Source: Octopus bimaculoides
Taxonomy: Eukaryota
DNA length: 34,650 nucleotides
Reading direction: 5' to 3'
Assembly (NCBI RefSeq): GCF_001194135.2
Contig: NC_068991.1
Coordinates: 4,875,397 to 4,910,046, forward strand
In this document: positions 11,231-23,870 of the stretch, one piece after another
Layout: each line of letters starts with the position of its first letter
How positions within the stretch are numbered: position 1 is the stretch's first letter
Translations under genes and position numbers: made by a program
The notes under the pieces: model-generated
The model's input: the letters and a program-made list of their open reading frames with translations, nothing else
Told to the model about the DNA's origin: nothing
Databases searched by the model: none

Positions 11231-12342
11231 AAACCCATCAACATCTTGATCGTACATAATATATCGTCTCTTAAAATAAAAACAAACACAAAATGACAAC
11301 AGTTTGATTTGAAAACCGCACGTCAGCTCAACAACTGCTGCACATTCTCTTCGTTTCTCTGACGATTCTGCTATTACATTGTCTTATGAAGGAAAAACAA
11401 ATATGTACCTGACAGTAGGAGACATCCAGTTTTTATCGGAAGGGATGTGATGGTCTGGACACAGTTCAATGAACGAAGAAACATAACAAATTGTAAAGAA
11501 ATCTGCAATTCATCTCTTTTGCGTCTGTTACATTTTATATACAGAATCTTGCATTACTCCGTTTTTCAGCAATTTCTTTCATTGCATTCGATTCCTTCAC
11601 TCAATCCGTCTCTGCATTTTAACAATGTTATTTATTTATTTATTATTCTTTTGTGGATGCGTCTCTTTCATTCGCTTTTCAAATCTTCTTTTGAATTCTG
11701 ACCAAGATTTTTTTTTCCTTTTCGTTTTCATGTTTTAGTTTTTGTTATGGGTCTTGCTTGTACCCGAATCCTACTGAGCTATTTCTATGCGTTACATATA
11801 TTTCATATATTTTCTAAACACATTGGTATTTTCTTTCTCTCTTTTTCCTTCTTTCAAGTTTTCTATCAAATTTTCTCTTTTCTTCGAGGCATTTTCTATA
11901 TTTTAATACTTTCCCTATTTCACCCATTGCTAAGGTTTCCATGTTTTCTTATCTTCTGTCACATTATATATATTTTATTATCCTGGTCGACTCCTCTTTT
12001 CTCTTAACATTTTCTCATTTAATATTCTCAGCTACTTTTTTTTTTTTCAATTACTATTCGTTTGGGCACCTTTCCTGAAAATTATTTTATATTCTTTTCT
12101 CCTTCTACTGTAATCAACCATTGAATTGTGGACATGTGACGCACTGCTTTCAAGTGATTGAGTCGATCATATCGTTCCTGGTAACTGTATAAACCTTGTA
12201 TACAATATATAGATCGATATGAGTGCTTTCGATATGCCGCCCCTTAACACACAAGATGTGCATTGCTACACATGTAAAACAGACATGAACACCGTGCGCC
12301 CGCACGCACGCGCGCGCACACATGCACACACACACACACATA

Positions 12343-12391
<49 letters not shown>

Positions 12392-12435
12392 GCACACGCA
12401 CATACATACATACATACATACATACAAAAAAAAAC

Positions 12436-12536
12436 AAAAATAACCTGTTGTTGATGTTGAAATTCCAATGAAGGACCCTTGAATCTTGGTTAGAAACCGG
12501 GGTTCTTTCTCCATTGGGGAGAATTTTTGAAATAAA
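12436..12536 (+). repeat. About 100 bp direct repeat, copy 1
   Basis: cctgttgttgatgttgaaattccaatgaaggacccttgaatcttggttagaaaccgg... is repeated at 12594-12689. Confidence 0.9.
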
Positions 12537-12593
12537 CTGAATAATAACATACATACGTGCATACATACATACATACATACATACATACATCAC

Positions 12594-12689
12594 AAAAAAT
12601 ACCCTGTTGTTGATGTTGAAATTCCAATAAAGGAGCCTTGAATCCAGTTAGAAACCGGCTCTTTCTATTGGCAAGAAATCTTGAAATAC
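12594..12689 (+). repeat. About 100 bp direct repeat, copy 2
   Basis: Diverged copy of 12436-12536; the two are separated by (CATA)n. Confidence 0.9.
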
Positions 12690-13247
12690 ATAAGTACCAA
12701 GAGATAAGGAATATATCAGGAGGTAGTCTCATAAAAGTAGCGACATACAAGTGAAAAGTGGAAACAACAAAATTCCTCCTCTCCGAAATAGCATTCTTAA
12801 TTCTAATAAAATTAAATGAATAAATATGATATACATGTTATATTAAATATTTGTCTTCCCTTCTTGGTATCTCTGATTCTAACCAATTTTTCTTTAATTT
12901 TCCTTCTATGTTTTCCCTTAACCATTCTGTCTATATTTATTTCTTTTGCTATATTTGCATAAAATTTTCCCTTCCTATCTGTTATATTTTTGCTTGATTT
13001 TTTTTTAGTTTTCTGGGTTCTTTATTAATTTTTTCTCTGGTTATTGCGTAAAAAATTATTATTTCCAGCTTTTTCACTCTACACATATTTTGTTCTCTTG
13101 TTGAAAGTTTTACAGAATAACTTTATTTTTTTACATATATTTTCCAGTTCCTTCTATCGTATTTCCATTTATTATCTTTCGTTTCATAACTTTCTCTCTA
13201 ACTTTATCAGTCTATCTTTCGCATTGCATACATCTCTCTCTCTCTCT

Positions 13248-13333
13248 NNNNNNNNNNNNNNNNNNNNNNNNNNNNNNNNNNNNNNNNNNNNNNNNNNNNN
13301 NNNNNNNNNNNNNNNNNNNNNNNNNNNNNNNNN
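13248..13333. other. Assembly gap (N run)
   Basis: Run of n between (CT)n and (TA)n. Confidence 1.
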
Positions 13334-13769
13334 ATATATATACATACATATATTTAGAGAGAGAGAGAGAGGGAGAGACAGAGAGACAGACAGAGATACA
13401 CTTGCACACGCGCACCCATACACACACATATATATTTATGTATGTATGTATGTATGTATGTATGTTTGTATACTTCGGTTTCCTCACCCAGTATGGACTA
13501 ATTTTAATTCATTTGTGATTTCTCTCTAATTTGCTCTGTATTTTTCATTTACTTTCTTCGTTTCGTGTAAGGAAAAGCGTTCTCTAGTGATTCAGTTTCG
13601 ATTTTAACATCATTTTAAATGTTTACTAATTAGATGCTCAAATTATCAATTGGAACATGAACAATTAATGCAGCGCTACTGATTGGGTTTGCTGTTGTTT
13701 CTCATTTATTTTCGTTAATATCATTTGCGTAATATTTTTGCTTTTTCCAGGTTTCGTTTGTCTCTCGTG

Positions 13770-14340
13770 ACATGGTAAGGTGGGATATGATAAGGAAATT
13801 CATGGCATATATACTGAGTGGCATGGTATGGTATGAAACTGTGCTGTATGATGTGGTATGGATCGATGTGGTTTTGGTGCGCAAGTAATTGTGTGATATG
13901 AAATTACATATTGTATGCTATGGTATGATATTGAAATGTTATGATGCGATACGTGGCTTAGTGGTTAGCGGTGATGCTCTCATGACTGTACGACTGTGGT
14001 TTCGATCCCTGGGAACGGGGTTGCTTTATATTTTGGAGTAGGGAAATTCATTTCACATTACCCTAATTTAACTGAGTAAACCTGCGATGAACCGACGTCG
14101 CGTCCAGCGGGAAGTTTATCCACCACAGAATCTGAGAAACCATACTATGGTTTTGATACATTCTTTTGATGGTATGGTATATAGGAATGTGCAGTACCAT
14201 ATGGCATAGATAATGTGGTAATTTATGGCATATGCTTTGGTATATTATTCAGGATATGATATATTTTATAGCATGATACAGTGTGATGTCTTGCGTTATT
14301 GGATATCGAGGTATTGTATGTAATATGAAATGGTGTGATA
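13770..14340. repeat. Degenerate pentamer field (TGGTA/TGATA-like) interrupted by a SINE
   Basis: Recurring atggt/atgat/atgct units on both sides of 13950-14145. Confidence 0.55.
13950..14145 (+). mobile_element. tRNA-derived SINE, third family, diverged
   Basis: A-box TGGCTTAGTGG (13954-13964) and B-box-like GGTTTCGATCCC (13998-14009). The body differs from families A and B. Confidence 0.6.
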
Positions 14341-14345
14341 TCTGA

Positions 14346-14800
14346 TTAGGAGGTGAGTTGCAATTTTACAGTCTGTTGTGATGCCACACCATCCAAGTGA
14401 TCATTCCATGTTTTTACAGAGGTTTCGAAACCGAACAAGCCGAAGGAAATGATTGGAAATGTGTTCAACATCTTGTTTGGGAAATGCAGCTGCCTCTTCC
14501 GTGATACAGCCCCTTCTCCATCATCTTTCAATAGGCTCCCTTTCTGCGAAGCTACCCCAGAACATTGCAAAGTCGTATCGTGTAAATGTTCTGAGATCTT
14601 GGAATGAGGTTGGAGTCTGAGAGTCGTGCGGCCATGTTAACATCTCTTCCTTCAAAACACGTCTTGGAAAAGCGAGTGGGCTCTTTCAAGTACAGTTAAA
14701 GGTAGGAAATAATTATTTCACTAATAGTTATTGCGAAGTTAACATGGCAGTCCAGAAAAAAATAGGACGAATGCTGACGTTGATCAGCTCCAAGAGGCCA
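14346..14800 (-). mobile_element. Possible very old LINE (RTE-like) reverse transcriptase relic
   Basis: The minus frame LLKDD...QL...GLFGFETSVKT loosely parallels the RTE RT motif spacing LLxADD...LQ...FGLTISxKKT, and FFWTAML lies upstream. Weak. Confidence 0.3.
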
Positions 14801-14854
14801 TCGACTGTCTTGCGCAAAAATTTTCATTTGAATCACAACATTTTTTAATTTCAC

Positions 14855-15072
14855 GGCGGCGAGCTGGCAGAAACGTTAGCGCACCGAGCGAAATGCTTAG
14901 CGGTATATCGTCTGTCTTAACGTTCTGACTTCAAATTTCGCCGAGGTCGACTTTGGCTTTCATCTTTTCGGGGTCGATAAATTAAGTACCAGTTGCATAC
15001 TGGGGTCAATCTAATCGACTGCCCCCCCCCTCCTCCAAAATTTCAGGCCTTGTGCCTAGAGTAGACTAAAAT
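14855..15072 (+). mobile_element. Family A SINE, full length, tail type 1
   Basis: Complete head GGCGGCGAGCTGGCAGAAACGTTAGC, B-box region, core GGTCGACTTTGGCTTTCATCTTTTCGGGGTCGATAAATTAAGTACC, tail ggccttgtgcctagagtag. Confidence 0.93.
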
Positions 15073-15458
15073 ATTTTTTTCTTTATAGGTTCAACTGATA
15101 TACCTCCATTGCCCCTCTCAACATCTCATATATTTCTAGTCATGGAGCTTGTATGTGGCTTGCCAGTTCCTATTCTGCAATTGTTGTTAATGTAATGTGT
15201 TTCATTACATGTGTAATGCTTACGCACTATTGATTTTATAGGTTTTCCCCATATTTTTTTAACTACAGTTATTTGAAATTATTTATGTAGCATGTTGCTA
15301 AATTTTTAAGTTAGTTCATTTAAAGATATTGCATCGATGTTTTCATATCTGGGTTTTCCATTTTCTTTCCAATCGTTCCACTACTTACCCCGACACACGC
15401 ATTACACAGCATTTGCATCACTTCATCTTATAATTTCCTAGTTTTTTTTTTCTATATA

Positions 15459-15619
15459 TGCGCAGGCGTGGCTGTAGGATAAGTAGCTTGCTTCTCAACC
15501 ACATGGTTCGGGTTTCAGTCCCACTGCGTGCCACCTTGGGCAAGTGTCTTCTACTATAGCCTAGGGCCAATCAAAGCTTTGTGATTGGATTTGGTTGGCC
15601 GAAACTGGAAAAACTCCAT

Positions 15620-15622
<3 letters not shown>
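15459..15622 (+). mobile_element. Family B SINE head: tRNA-like region + CORE-like domain, followed by microsatellite
   Basis: tRNA-like head, then CACCTTGGGCAAGTGTCTTCTACTATAGC (15532-15560), resembling the CORE-SINE ccttgggcaagt motif. It runs into (GT)/(TA)n. Confidence 0.85.
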
Positions 15623-15654
<32 letters not shown>

Positions 15655-15759
15655 TATTTATATTATTGTATGATCGAACTCCACGCATCCTTTTCCAAGT
15701 ATATATATATATATATATATATATACATCTATATATTTGTATATATATGTATATATATA

Positions 15760-16076
15760 NNNNNNNNNNNNNNNNNNNNNNNNNNNNNNNNNNNNNNNNN
15801 NNNNNNNNNNNNNNNNNNNNNNNNNNNNNNNNNNNNNNNNNNNNNNNNNNNNNNNNNNNNNNNNNNNNNNNNNNNNNNNNNNNNNNNNNNNNNNNNNNNN
15901 NNNNNNNNNNNNNNNNNNNNNNNNNNNNNNNNNNNNNNNNNNNNNNNNNNNNNNNNNNNNNNNNNNNNNNNNNNNNNNNNNNNNNNNNNNNNNNNNNNNN
16001 NNNNNNNNNNNNNNNNNNNNNNNNNNNNNNNNNNNNNNNNNNNNNNNNNNNNNNNNNNNNNNNNNNNNNNNNNNNN
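15760..16076. other. Assembly gap (N run)
   Basis: Run of n flanked by (TA)n. Confidence 1.
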
Positions 16077-16325
16077 TACATATATATATATATATATATA
16101 TATATGGGAGGATAACTACTAGATTAGACAGTTATGCAGTTGAATAATCTGCAGAGTGGAAGTAGTTTGGAGGTTTTTACATAGAGAAAGGAGTAGAAAA
16201 GAAAAAGAAAATCAAATCGAGTTACATTGCTTGGAATCATACACAGGACTAAATGGTCTTCTTTATATGAAGAACTTAGTTTTAATTTTCCCAAATCTAA
16301 ACTGCCATCCCTAGAGACATTCCCA

Positions 16326-16545
16326 AACACCTGCTAGTATAGTTGAATATACAATTGAAATTGGTATTGCTATGATCGTCTCTGTCAAGTGCACTGTGTG
16401 TGTGTGAGGGTGTTTATGCCTTTTTGCGCGCGCGTATTTGTGTGTGTAGAAGTCACTGGTTCTCCAAGAACACCTGCTATAGTTGCATACACACCTGACA
16501 CTGATAGTGTTATGAACTTCTCTGTCAAGTGCCCTGTGTGTATGT
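16326..16545. repeat. Imperfect direct duplication (about 80 bp x 2, copies at about 16326 and 16469)
   Basis: aacacctgcta..tagttg.ata.aca..tga...tg.ta..g.tatga...tctctgtcaagtgc.ctgtgtgt occurs twice, about 143 bp apart. Confidence 0.75.
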
Positions 16546-17140
16546 TGTGTAGACATCCGTGGTCCTCTTAGGATATGTAAGAAAGGGGATGTAAAAGAAA
16601 CACTATCTTATCTAATGATAATATTAAAATGGTAGTATTCTAATGCAGTCTTTCTGTGTCTGAGCTACCTATTTAATGCGAAAGATGCAGCAACAACTCG
16701 TCTGTTCACAAACTAAAGTCAAAAATGAAAATGGCAAACTGTTTGAAAAGGAAAATTAAACAAAATAACGTAGGCTAATTAATTTCAAATATCAAACACC
16801 GAGGTTATTCACCCACACACCTGTACTAAGCATACAGAGTAATCAGACTAAAAATTCGCTACCCAGACATTCTTTAAGTAAAAGAAATTGTTTTTCCAAA
16901 GAAAAATTGAATAACCGAAAATCGATCGGTTGCCGTCTACAGAAATTAGAAAAAAAATACTTAATATGGTGAGCACCAAACATCTAATTAAAAATATTAA
17001 TGTAATGTAGAAAGACTACATTCGATTACCGCTATCATTCTAATCTTATTGTTAAGTATGATTGTTATCCTGGTTCAGTATTTGATTTGCGAGAAATCGT
17101 CAGAGAAACAGGTACTTTTGCATGCATAAACACAGGAAAG

Positions 17141-17310
17141 ACAGGTAATAACATAGAGAGTAATGCAATGACACGTAATAACATAGAGGTAATAACAGGT
17201 AATGACAGGTTATAACATAGAGGTAATAACAGGTAATGACAGGTAATAACAGGTAATGACAGGTAATAACAGGTAATGACAGGTAATAACATAGAGAGTA
17301 ATGCAATGAC
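17141..17310. repeat. 10 bp-unit minisatellite (AGGTAATAAC/AGGTAATGAC) bracketed by identical 32 bp repeats
   Basis: Strictly alternating units at 17221-17290. ACAGGTAATAACATAGAGAGTAATGCAATGAC occurs at 17141-17172 and 17279-17310. Confidence 0.92.
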
Positions 17311-19259
17311 TGCTGTCAAATGACCGAAACAAAAGAATAAAAGAATAACTGAAGAAATATTCTATCCACTCAGAGAAGGAATAAATTGGTGTAACATTCA
17401 TGAAGTAGTAGATTATTTCTTATCAAAAAAGTTTCTTCCGAAATGAAAGAACCCAAAAGAATAACTGGGTTGGAATGGGTATCGAGTTTCTGACTCAAAA
17501 GAAGAATCCTGAGGCATTTAAAATATCACACCCCGAACTGAGAGGGGTCGCGGGGGACAACTGCAGGTGTTACTGTTGGGTAGAGAAACGCGATGCTACA
17601 AATATGCAAATAGAAAGTGGTTCAGGGATTTTTATCCCCCAACAAAAACAGTAATGGAGAACACCCTTCAGCTGTCATTTCTGCTTTTTGTTGCCTCGAT
17701 GTAATTAGTGTTTCGACAATTGTAACATCGCATTTTTCTATTCAATACCAATTACAAAAGCAACTACAACACATACAACCACAGCAGCTGCAACAGAATG
17801 CAACCGCAAAAGCAATGATCGCAACACCTACGACAACAAGCATAAGAAGAACAATATAAGTGGAAAGAGACAAAGCAACAAGTGGAACACTATAGGCGAG
17901 AGTCAGCGCATCACCACAACAATGAAAACTCCCTCCAAAACAATAGCAAAGCAGGAAGTTTATTATCGTCAAACCACGACCCTTCTCATTAATGACCACT
18001 CACTTGTGTTTTGTAGCAAAGGTGAAAGATTGTTTTCGCTAGTTTACATGTAAGTATACGTACCAAGCACTAAATAAATTCTTTGCTCCGTTATCAATTT
18101 GCGCTCGAATAGTTCAAACGAAGTGAACTCACATACGGTCATATATATTTTGATTTACATCAAGCTGTACTTGAGGAAATTCCACATGCAAAGCATTATG
18201 TTTGCATCAAGTTATCAGAAAGAAACATTATAATTTCCACACTAAGGACACTAACCTTATTTGTAAACTTAATCCATTTATTGACAATAGATGCGAAAAC
18301 AACGAAACGGATTGGTTTCTTTAACAATACTACTCTGTATCTGATATGATTCCATCCTCAGAAAATATTATCTTAAAAAATTATATAAGTGTCAGTCATC
18401 GTCCTCCAGTTTCTGTTGATATGGATACTTTAACTCAGCAATAAAGAAATACAATTCAGACTTTAAAATCTTTTGTTTACTTCTTTATTTCTGATTTTAC
18501 TATTTAATTTCCGATTTCTATTGTATTGGTTTTAGAAGAACTTCACCAACTCTGAAGTTACACTAATATAATACACACATCTGTACACACATAAACACAC
18601 ACATACGAATATGTACATTAGTTATATACACGGTATTTCAACATTATTTATGGGATGACTTGATACAGGCATACACACACATACACACAGGAGTATTATA
18701 TATGCTTATAAATATGTGTGTGTATTTGTGTGTATGTATGCATATGGAAATATCTTTTCTTTTATGCATTTTTCTTTAACTATGTTTAAGTTTCATCGTT
18801 TTCATTCTATATTTTCTGATTAGCTTTTTTACAGTACAGTTCCTAAACATGTGGTCGACGTTTCTAGACATTCACAGTCAAATCATCAAGATCTGAATCT
18901 ATACAGTAGGCGTTTGTGTTACTTCTTATTTACAAATTAACCACCAGAGGTTTATTGACCGTTAGCACTATGCCACGGCAATCACGTGTTGATTTGCGTG
19001 TACAGGTTAAATTCTGAATGTTAGGTATTGTTATATGTCTTAGGCAAGTATCCACCTGTTAATCTTGATATCACACTGGTACGTGTGTGTGTATGGGTGC
19101 GTTTTTGTGTGTGCGTCTTTGTATGTATATATATCCGTATATTGTAGTAGTAAATATCGGCATTATTTATGGGATTTGATACAGACATACACACACACAT
19201 ATATATATATATATATCTATATACACACACACGCACGCACGCACACGCACGCACACGCG

Positions 19260-19294
<35 letters not shown>

Positions 19295-19327
19295 CTATAT
19301 ACACACACACGCACGCACGCACACGCA

Positions 19328-19479
19328 NNNNNNNNNNNNNNNNNNNNNNNNNNNNNNNNNNNNNNNNNNNNNNNNNNNNNNNNNNNNNNNNNNNNNNNNN
19401 NNNNNNNNNNNNNNNNNNNNNNNNNNNNNNNNNNNNNNNNNNNNNNNNNNNNNNNNNNNNNNNNNNNNNNNNNNNNNNN
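19328..19479. other. Assembly gap (N run)
   Basis: Run of n flanked by microsatellites. Confidence 1.
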
Positions 19480-19930
19480 ATATATATATATATATATATA
19501 AATACACATACACACATTTAATATGTATATATATTTTGTCTAACAGCCGGAAAAATATTTCTGCTTTACTATGTGCGTCATACGTTTTTTCATTACAATT
19601 CTTTAGCTTTAGTTATTCCGTTACTCATTCGATTATATATGATTTAATGTCAAAACAATGTAAAATGCCGGAATTATCACAACAGTTATTGCTTCAGTTA
19701 ATTCAATAAATGAATACATATCGCTACATGATAACTAACTAGACGTTCTTTACTTTATCTAAAGTAAAAAACCAAAGACGAACACTCCATCTTATTGACA
19801 ATAGATTTTCTAAGAGATATGTCATGTTTCTGTCTAATTTCTCCTTATTTCTTTACGCTACCTCTTTTTTTTTCTCTCTTTCAAGGATAACGTGGGTGTA
19901 TTACTTCGTTATAATATGTATTTCAGTTAG

Positions 19931-20053
19931 GGGCAGCAATGTGGCAGAATGGTTAGGACGCGAAGCACAACGTTTAGCGGCATTTCGGTCATCTTTATGT
20001 ACTGGTTTCATTTTTCCGCCAGGGTCGACTTTGTAATTCATTGTTTCGAGGTC
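19931..20053 (+). mobile_element. Family A SINE 5' part, diverged
   Basis: gggcagcaatgtggcagaatggttagg...tttagcggcatttcgg...ttccgccagggtcgactttg matches the family A head and the start of the core. Confidence 0.75.
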
Positions 20054-20060
20054 TCTCTCA

Positions 20061-20275
20061 TTCTCTTTTACATGTTTCAGTCATCTCACTGCGGCCATGC
20101 TGGAGCACCGACTGGATTCTTAAGCATGGATATTATCCAAACCATCTAGTCCTTCGTCTCCTTTCGAGTTGCCTCCCAGTTGCATCGACTTGTCTATTGA
20201 GTTTTACCATTTTTTCCTGTCCTGTTCTGACATCTTAATGCGGAGAAGCTAGTACCGGATATAACTCTGTTCGTT
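20061..20275 (-). mobile_element. RTE-like LINE 3' end: ORF C-terminal relic + tail type 3
   Basis: The minus strand reads EQSYIRY*LLRIKMSEQ...ATGRQLERRRRTRW then (frameshift) LDNI, parallel to the RTE-type C-terminal pattern ExSQLRYxGHVxRM...TGKRPRGRPRTRWxDNI. It ends in ggtgctccagcatggccgcagtgagatgactgaaacatgtaaaagag. Confidence 0.55.
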
Positions 20276-22274
20276 TTACAATGCATACAAGCTAACTACA
20301 TCGCCATCGTGGTAAATTATCATATGTTTTTTTTTTTTTTTAACAAAGACTTCAAATCTTTTCTCTTGTACAATAGAGTTAATATTGTGTGTTTCTAAAG
20401 TATTGTGGAATTGAGTTTATGATAGGTTGTTCTCTTTTTTAATCGAAGAATTTTACAAAGAAACCGTGTGATTCAATCGTATTTCGTATTCCTCGGTTTT
20501 CATAGTGATGTGTATTTACAAATAGTCTAAGAATATGTGAGAACAATATCAAATAATATATTATGATAGGTAACATAATGTTCTGTTACTGTCTTCTAGT
20601 CGATTAAATAGATAAATCCTAACACATCACTCTTCAATTTTTATGAAATTAGTTCTTAGTCATATATTTTGGTACGAATGAAGTGAAACATACGTGCGTA
20701 CACGAAAACATATAACCACACACTTCTATACGTACGTTTGTGTGTATATATGAATGTATTGAATACATATACGTTTATATATGTGTGTGTGTGCGTGCGT
20801 GTATGTGTACGTGTGTATAAACGTGTATATATATATATATATGTATGTATGTAAATATATATCTCTAGACATATATATATATACATATATATATGCACGT
20901 ATATGAATATCTATCTATATATCTGTCTATCTATATATATATATATATATATATATAGGTATATGTACTAAACACATGGCCCCTAGCTAAAGTATATCTA
21001 ACCTCAATTAACTCAATAATCTTGACATAATGTGGTACGAATGAACTTACATTTTTATAGCAATATAAATTCCTGTTAACTTTATACGCTACAGTGTTTA
21101 TACAATTTAAATGAAATGTGTGTGTATATATGTATACGTGTCGGGAGAGCATGTATGTGTATGTGAGTGTATGTATCTATGTATGTTTATATATTTGTAG
21201 TATACAAAATATCGTAGACATCTCTTATTAAAAAAAAGTGTTAGATTTTCCCTCTTGATAATACGGCAAAACTTTCATATTTTTCTATTTTCTTCTAAGT
21301 GTATATCTCAAATTATATCATTATGAATTTTAATATCTGACTGTCTATCTATTTATCTATTTTTCCATCTCCCTATCTACAAACATACATAGATACGTAC
21401 ATAAATAGTGAGGTATTTAGGAAGATAGACCGAAAGATAGACTGATAGACCCATAGATAGACAGACAGTCAGACAGACAGATAGATATTATAATTTTTAA
21501 TAATACAATTTCAGATATACATAGACAAGAAATATATATGAAAATTTTGCCGTATTATCAGGGGGAAATCTAACATTCACATATTTATACGTATACACAC
21601 TGATAGACAAATAGACAGGCACACTGACAGATAGAGAGATAATGAAGTGGGCATATATTCTTAAAAACAAAAAATGTTAGTTTTCAGTTATGTTGAATAT
21701 TTTCCTTCCTTATTAACCCAGATACTCTCACTTAGTGATTGACTTTCGTATCTTTTAAACCTGGTCAAAATAATCCACAGAAAAACAAATTGTATATTGG
21801 CGTCCATCTCCGTATAAACACACAGAGAAGAGGTGCTGCAAAAATATGACTTAGTGATCTATAGCGGGAACGTCTCTGAAACCTCTTATACTTCTTTCTT
21901 CAAATAACCGTTATAGCATTTAGTTATAATTAATACATAACTGGACTCACGTCCCTTTTTCTCATAAGGATAAATATGAATCTCTTAGATTCTATTCTGC
22001 TATTTCCTTTCTCAATTTCTTTGCAAAAATTTTGTTTATACTTCTTGAACTGAAGAGTACATTGATATATAATTAATTTCATTAATTTCATTAATTCATT
22101 TCAACCATGAATTTGCATGATTCTTATCTCTGTACGAAAGGATCGTTTTCATGAATTAAAATTCTCTTGTATATTTTAACATCCCTCCATTTTTAATAAA
22201 CTTGTTGAGTTGTATGGGATTTGGCAAACGGTTAGCAATTTCAGGAGGACGTGTAGGCGCCATTAAAATGGGGC

Positions 22275-22421
22275 AAGTAACCGGGTAGCACTTATTTCAT
22301 CAACCCCGAATTGATGAAACGCAAAACGGAACACTGACGAATGTGAACTCAGGCGGAAACAACTGTCGAAATTCTAAGAACTTTTGTCCGGCGGATTAAG
22401 GATTCTGCCAGCTCACCACCT
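22275..22421 (-). mobile_element. Family A SINE, old diverged copy
   Basis: The reverse complement starts aggtggtgagctggcagaatccttaatccgccggac and contains ctgagttcacattc and ttcggggttgatgaaataagt. Confidence 0.7.
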
Positions 22422-23645
22422 TCTTATGAAGATAAATATTACATTATAATAAACGACGCCTTTCCAGAATGTGAAATCACGCTTAAAGGGTAATCCGCTA
22501 TAGCTGCCGCCAAATAGAATGGGATTAAAATTAAAATAGAAAACGTTGTATTATTATTTTATTATGACGCCATCTTGCAGCCTGCTCTTTACTGAATTTT
22601 AAATATGTGAACTTCTTAAATTTTTAATGGCAGAATTTGTATCGTTTGCAAGAAAAACCGCCATAACCAGCAAATAATGATCCTCTATCAGAAATAGAAA
22701 AACAAAAAATACATTATGAATTGCATTTAAGACCCCTGTGATTTTTTTACCCCGCTTTGGGACAACCTGGTGTGCAATACTGGTGTTTTTAAGTAATTGA
22801 AATTAATACGTATGCATGCACATGCGCATAAATACAACATATCACAAGCTTACGCATGTAAACACACACACACACACAGAAACACACACATATAATATAT
22901 ATAATTTGCTGATTCGATTCTAGATTTATGCAGTTTTGTTTTCAATAATATTTTCAAAAGTCTTTAAAATGTTAAACGTAATCTGAATGTGTTCTATTGA
23001 ATGAATAGAAACTACTTTCTTTTCTCCCTTGTAATTTGGATTTAACGATCTGTATTGTATACCTCTTAATTACTGAGTTGCTAATGGAGTGGTTTAATTC
23101 AGATGAATGTGTTTGGATCAGGTATTTTTTCATTATTATTGAATAAATCAGTCAAATAACATTGCTTTATATATATATTTGTTTTTTGTTTCTATTGTTA
23201 ATTGAATATCAATTAATATTTAAAAACGATATAATTTTCGTCTGTGTTGGTGGTTTTATAATGCTGGAAGCGTAAACTTCTCTAGAATAGTGGGTAATCC
23301 AGATGGATAGAGAGAGGGCGAGGGGGGGGAAAGTTCAGTAATGAACTATTTGGTAACAGTTCAACTTGGGGCGAGCGGGAAATTTTCAAGGTGCTTCTTA
23401 TGATCTACGTGCCAACTGGATAGAAAACAAGCCTATTTCTCTCACTAATGGTAATCTCTGAAATGTGGTATGTTTATACATAAACATTCAAAATCAGTTT
23501 TTATAAATTTTGCAAAATATGATAGTAGCTGCGAGGAATCTAGGTAATTTTGTGCATAGGTGCGAATTTGTTTTTAAATATCCATATATTAACAGGGAAG
23601 TCTGAATCCTTCCAAGTGAAGGAACACTGCTCAAGAAGCGTGTGA

Positions 23646-23870
23646 TTCTTTTTATTTGGCACCTAGGACATGACAAAGGGGACAACGCAAGAACAGACAG
23701 AACACCACAGTGGGGACAAAAAACATAAAACGAATGAAAAATGTAAAATTGTACAATGAAATCGATGATGATGAAATGTCTGCATGCGCCCAACTCACAT
23801 ACAGTACCTTTTGAACGTCCTTACTTTCAGTTGATCTTTTTCTTTTTCTGTGTTTTTCTACTATTAGCAT
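23646..23870 (-). mobile_element. Probable LINE 3' end carrying tail type 2
   Basis: Plus strand ttctttttatttggcacc...ggggacaacgcaagaacagaca resembles 335-395 and 27913-27968. The upstream sequence is not SINE and has a basic open frame (KHRKRKRSTESK...SWAHAD) that may be an ORF2 C-terminus. Confidence 0.35.

Noticed and set aside
17617-17999. Q/T-rich and C-rich ORFs
   Set aside because: Degenerate (CAA)n low-complexity sequence.
19160-19327. Duplicated compound microsatellite unit next to the gap
   Set aside because: It abuts an N-gap and may be an assembly artefact.
22333-22372. CTGACGA...GAAAC as a second hammerhead
   Set aside because: No stem II pairing, and it lies within the antisense strand of a decayed family A SINE.
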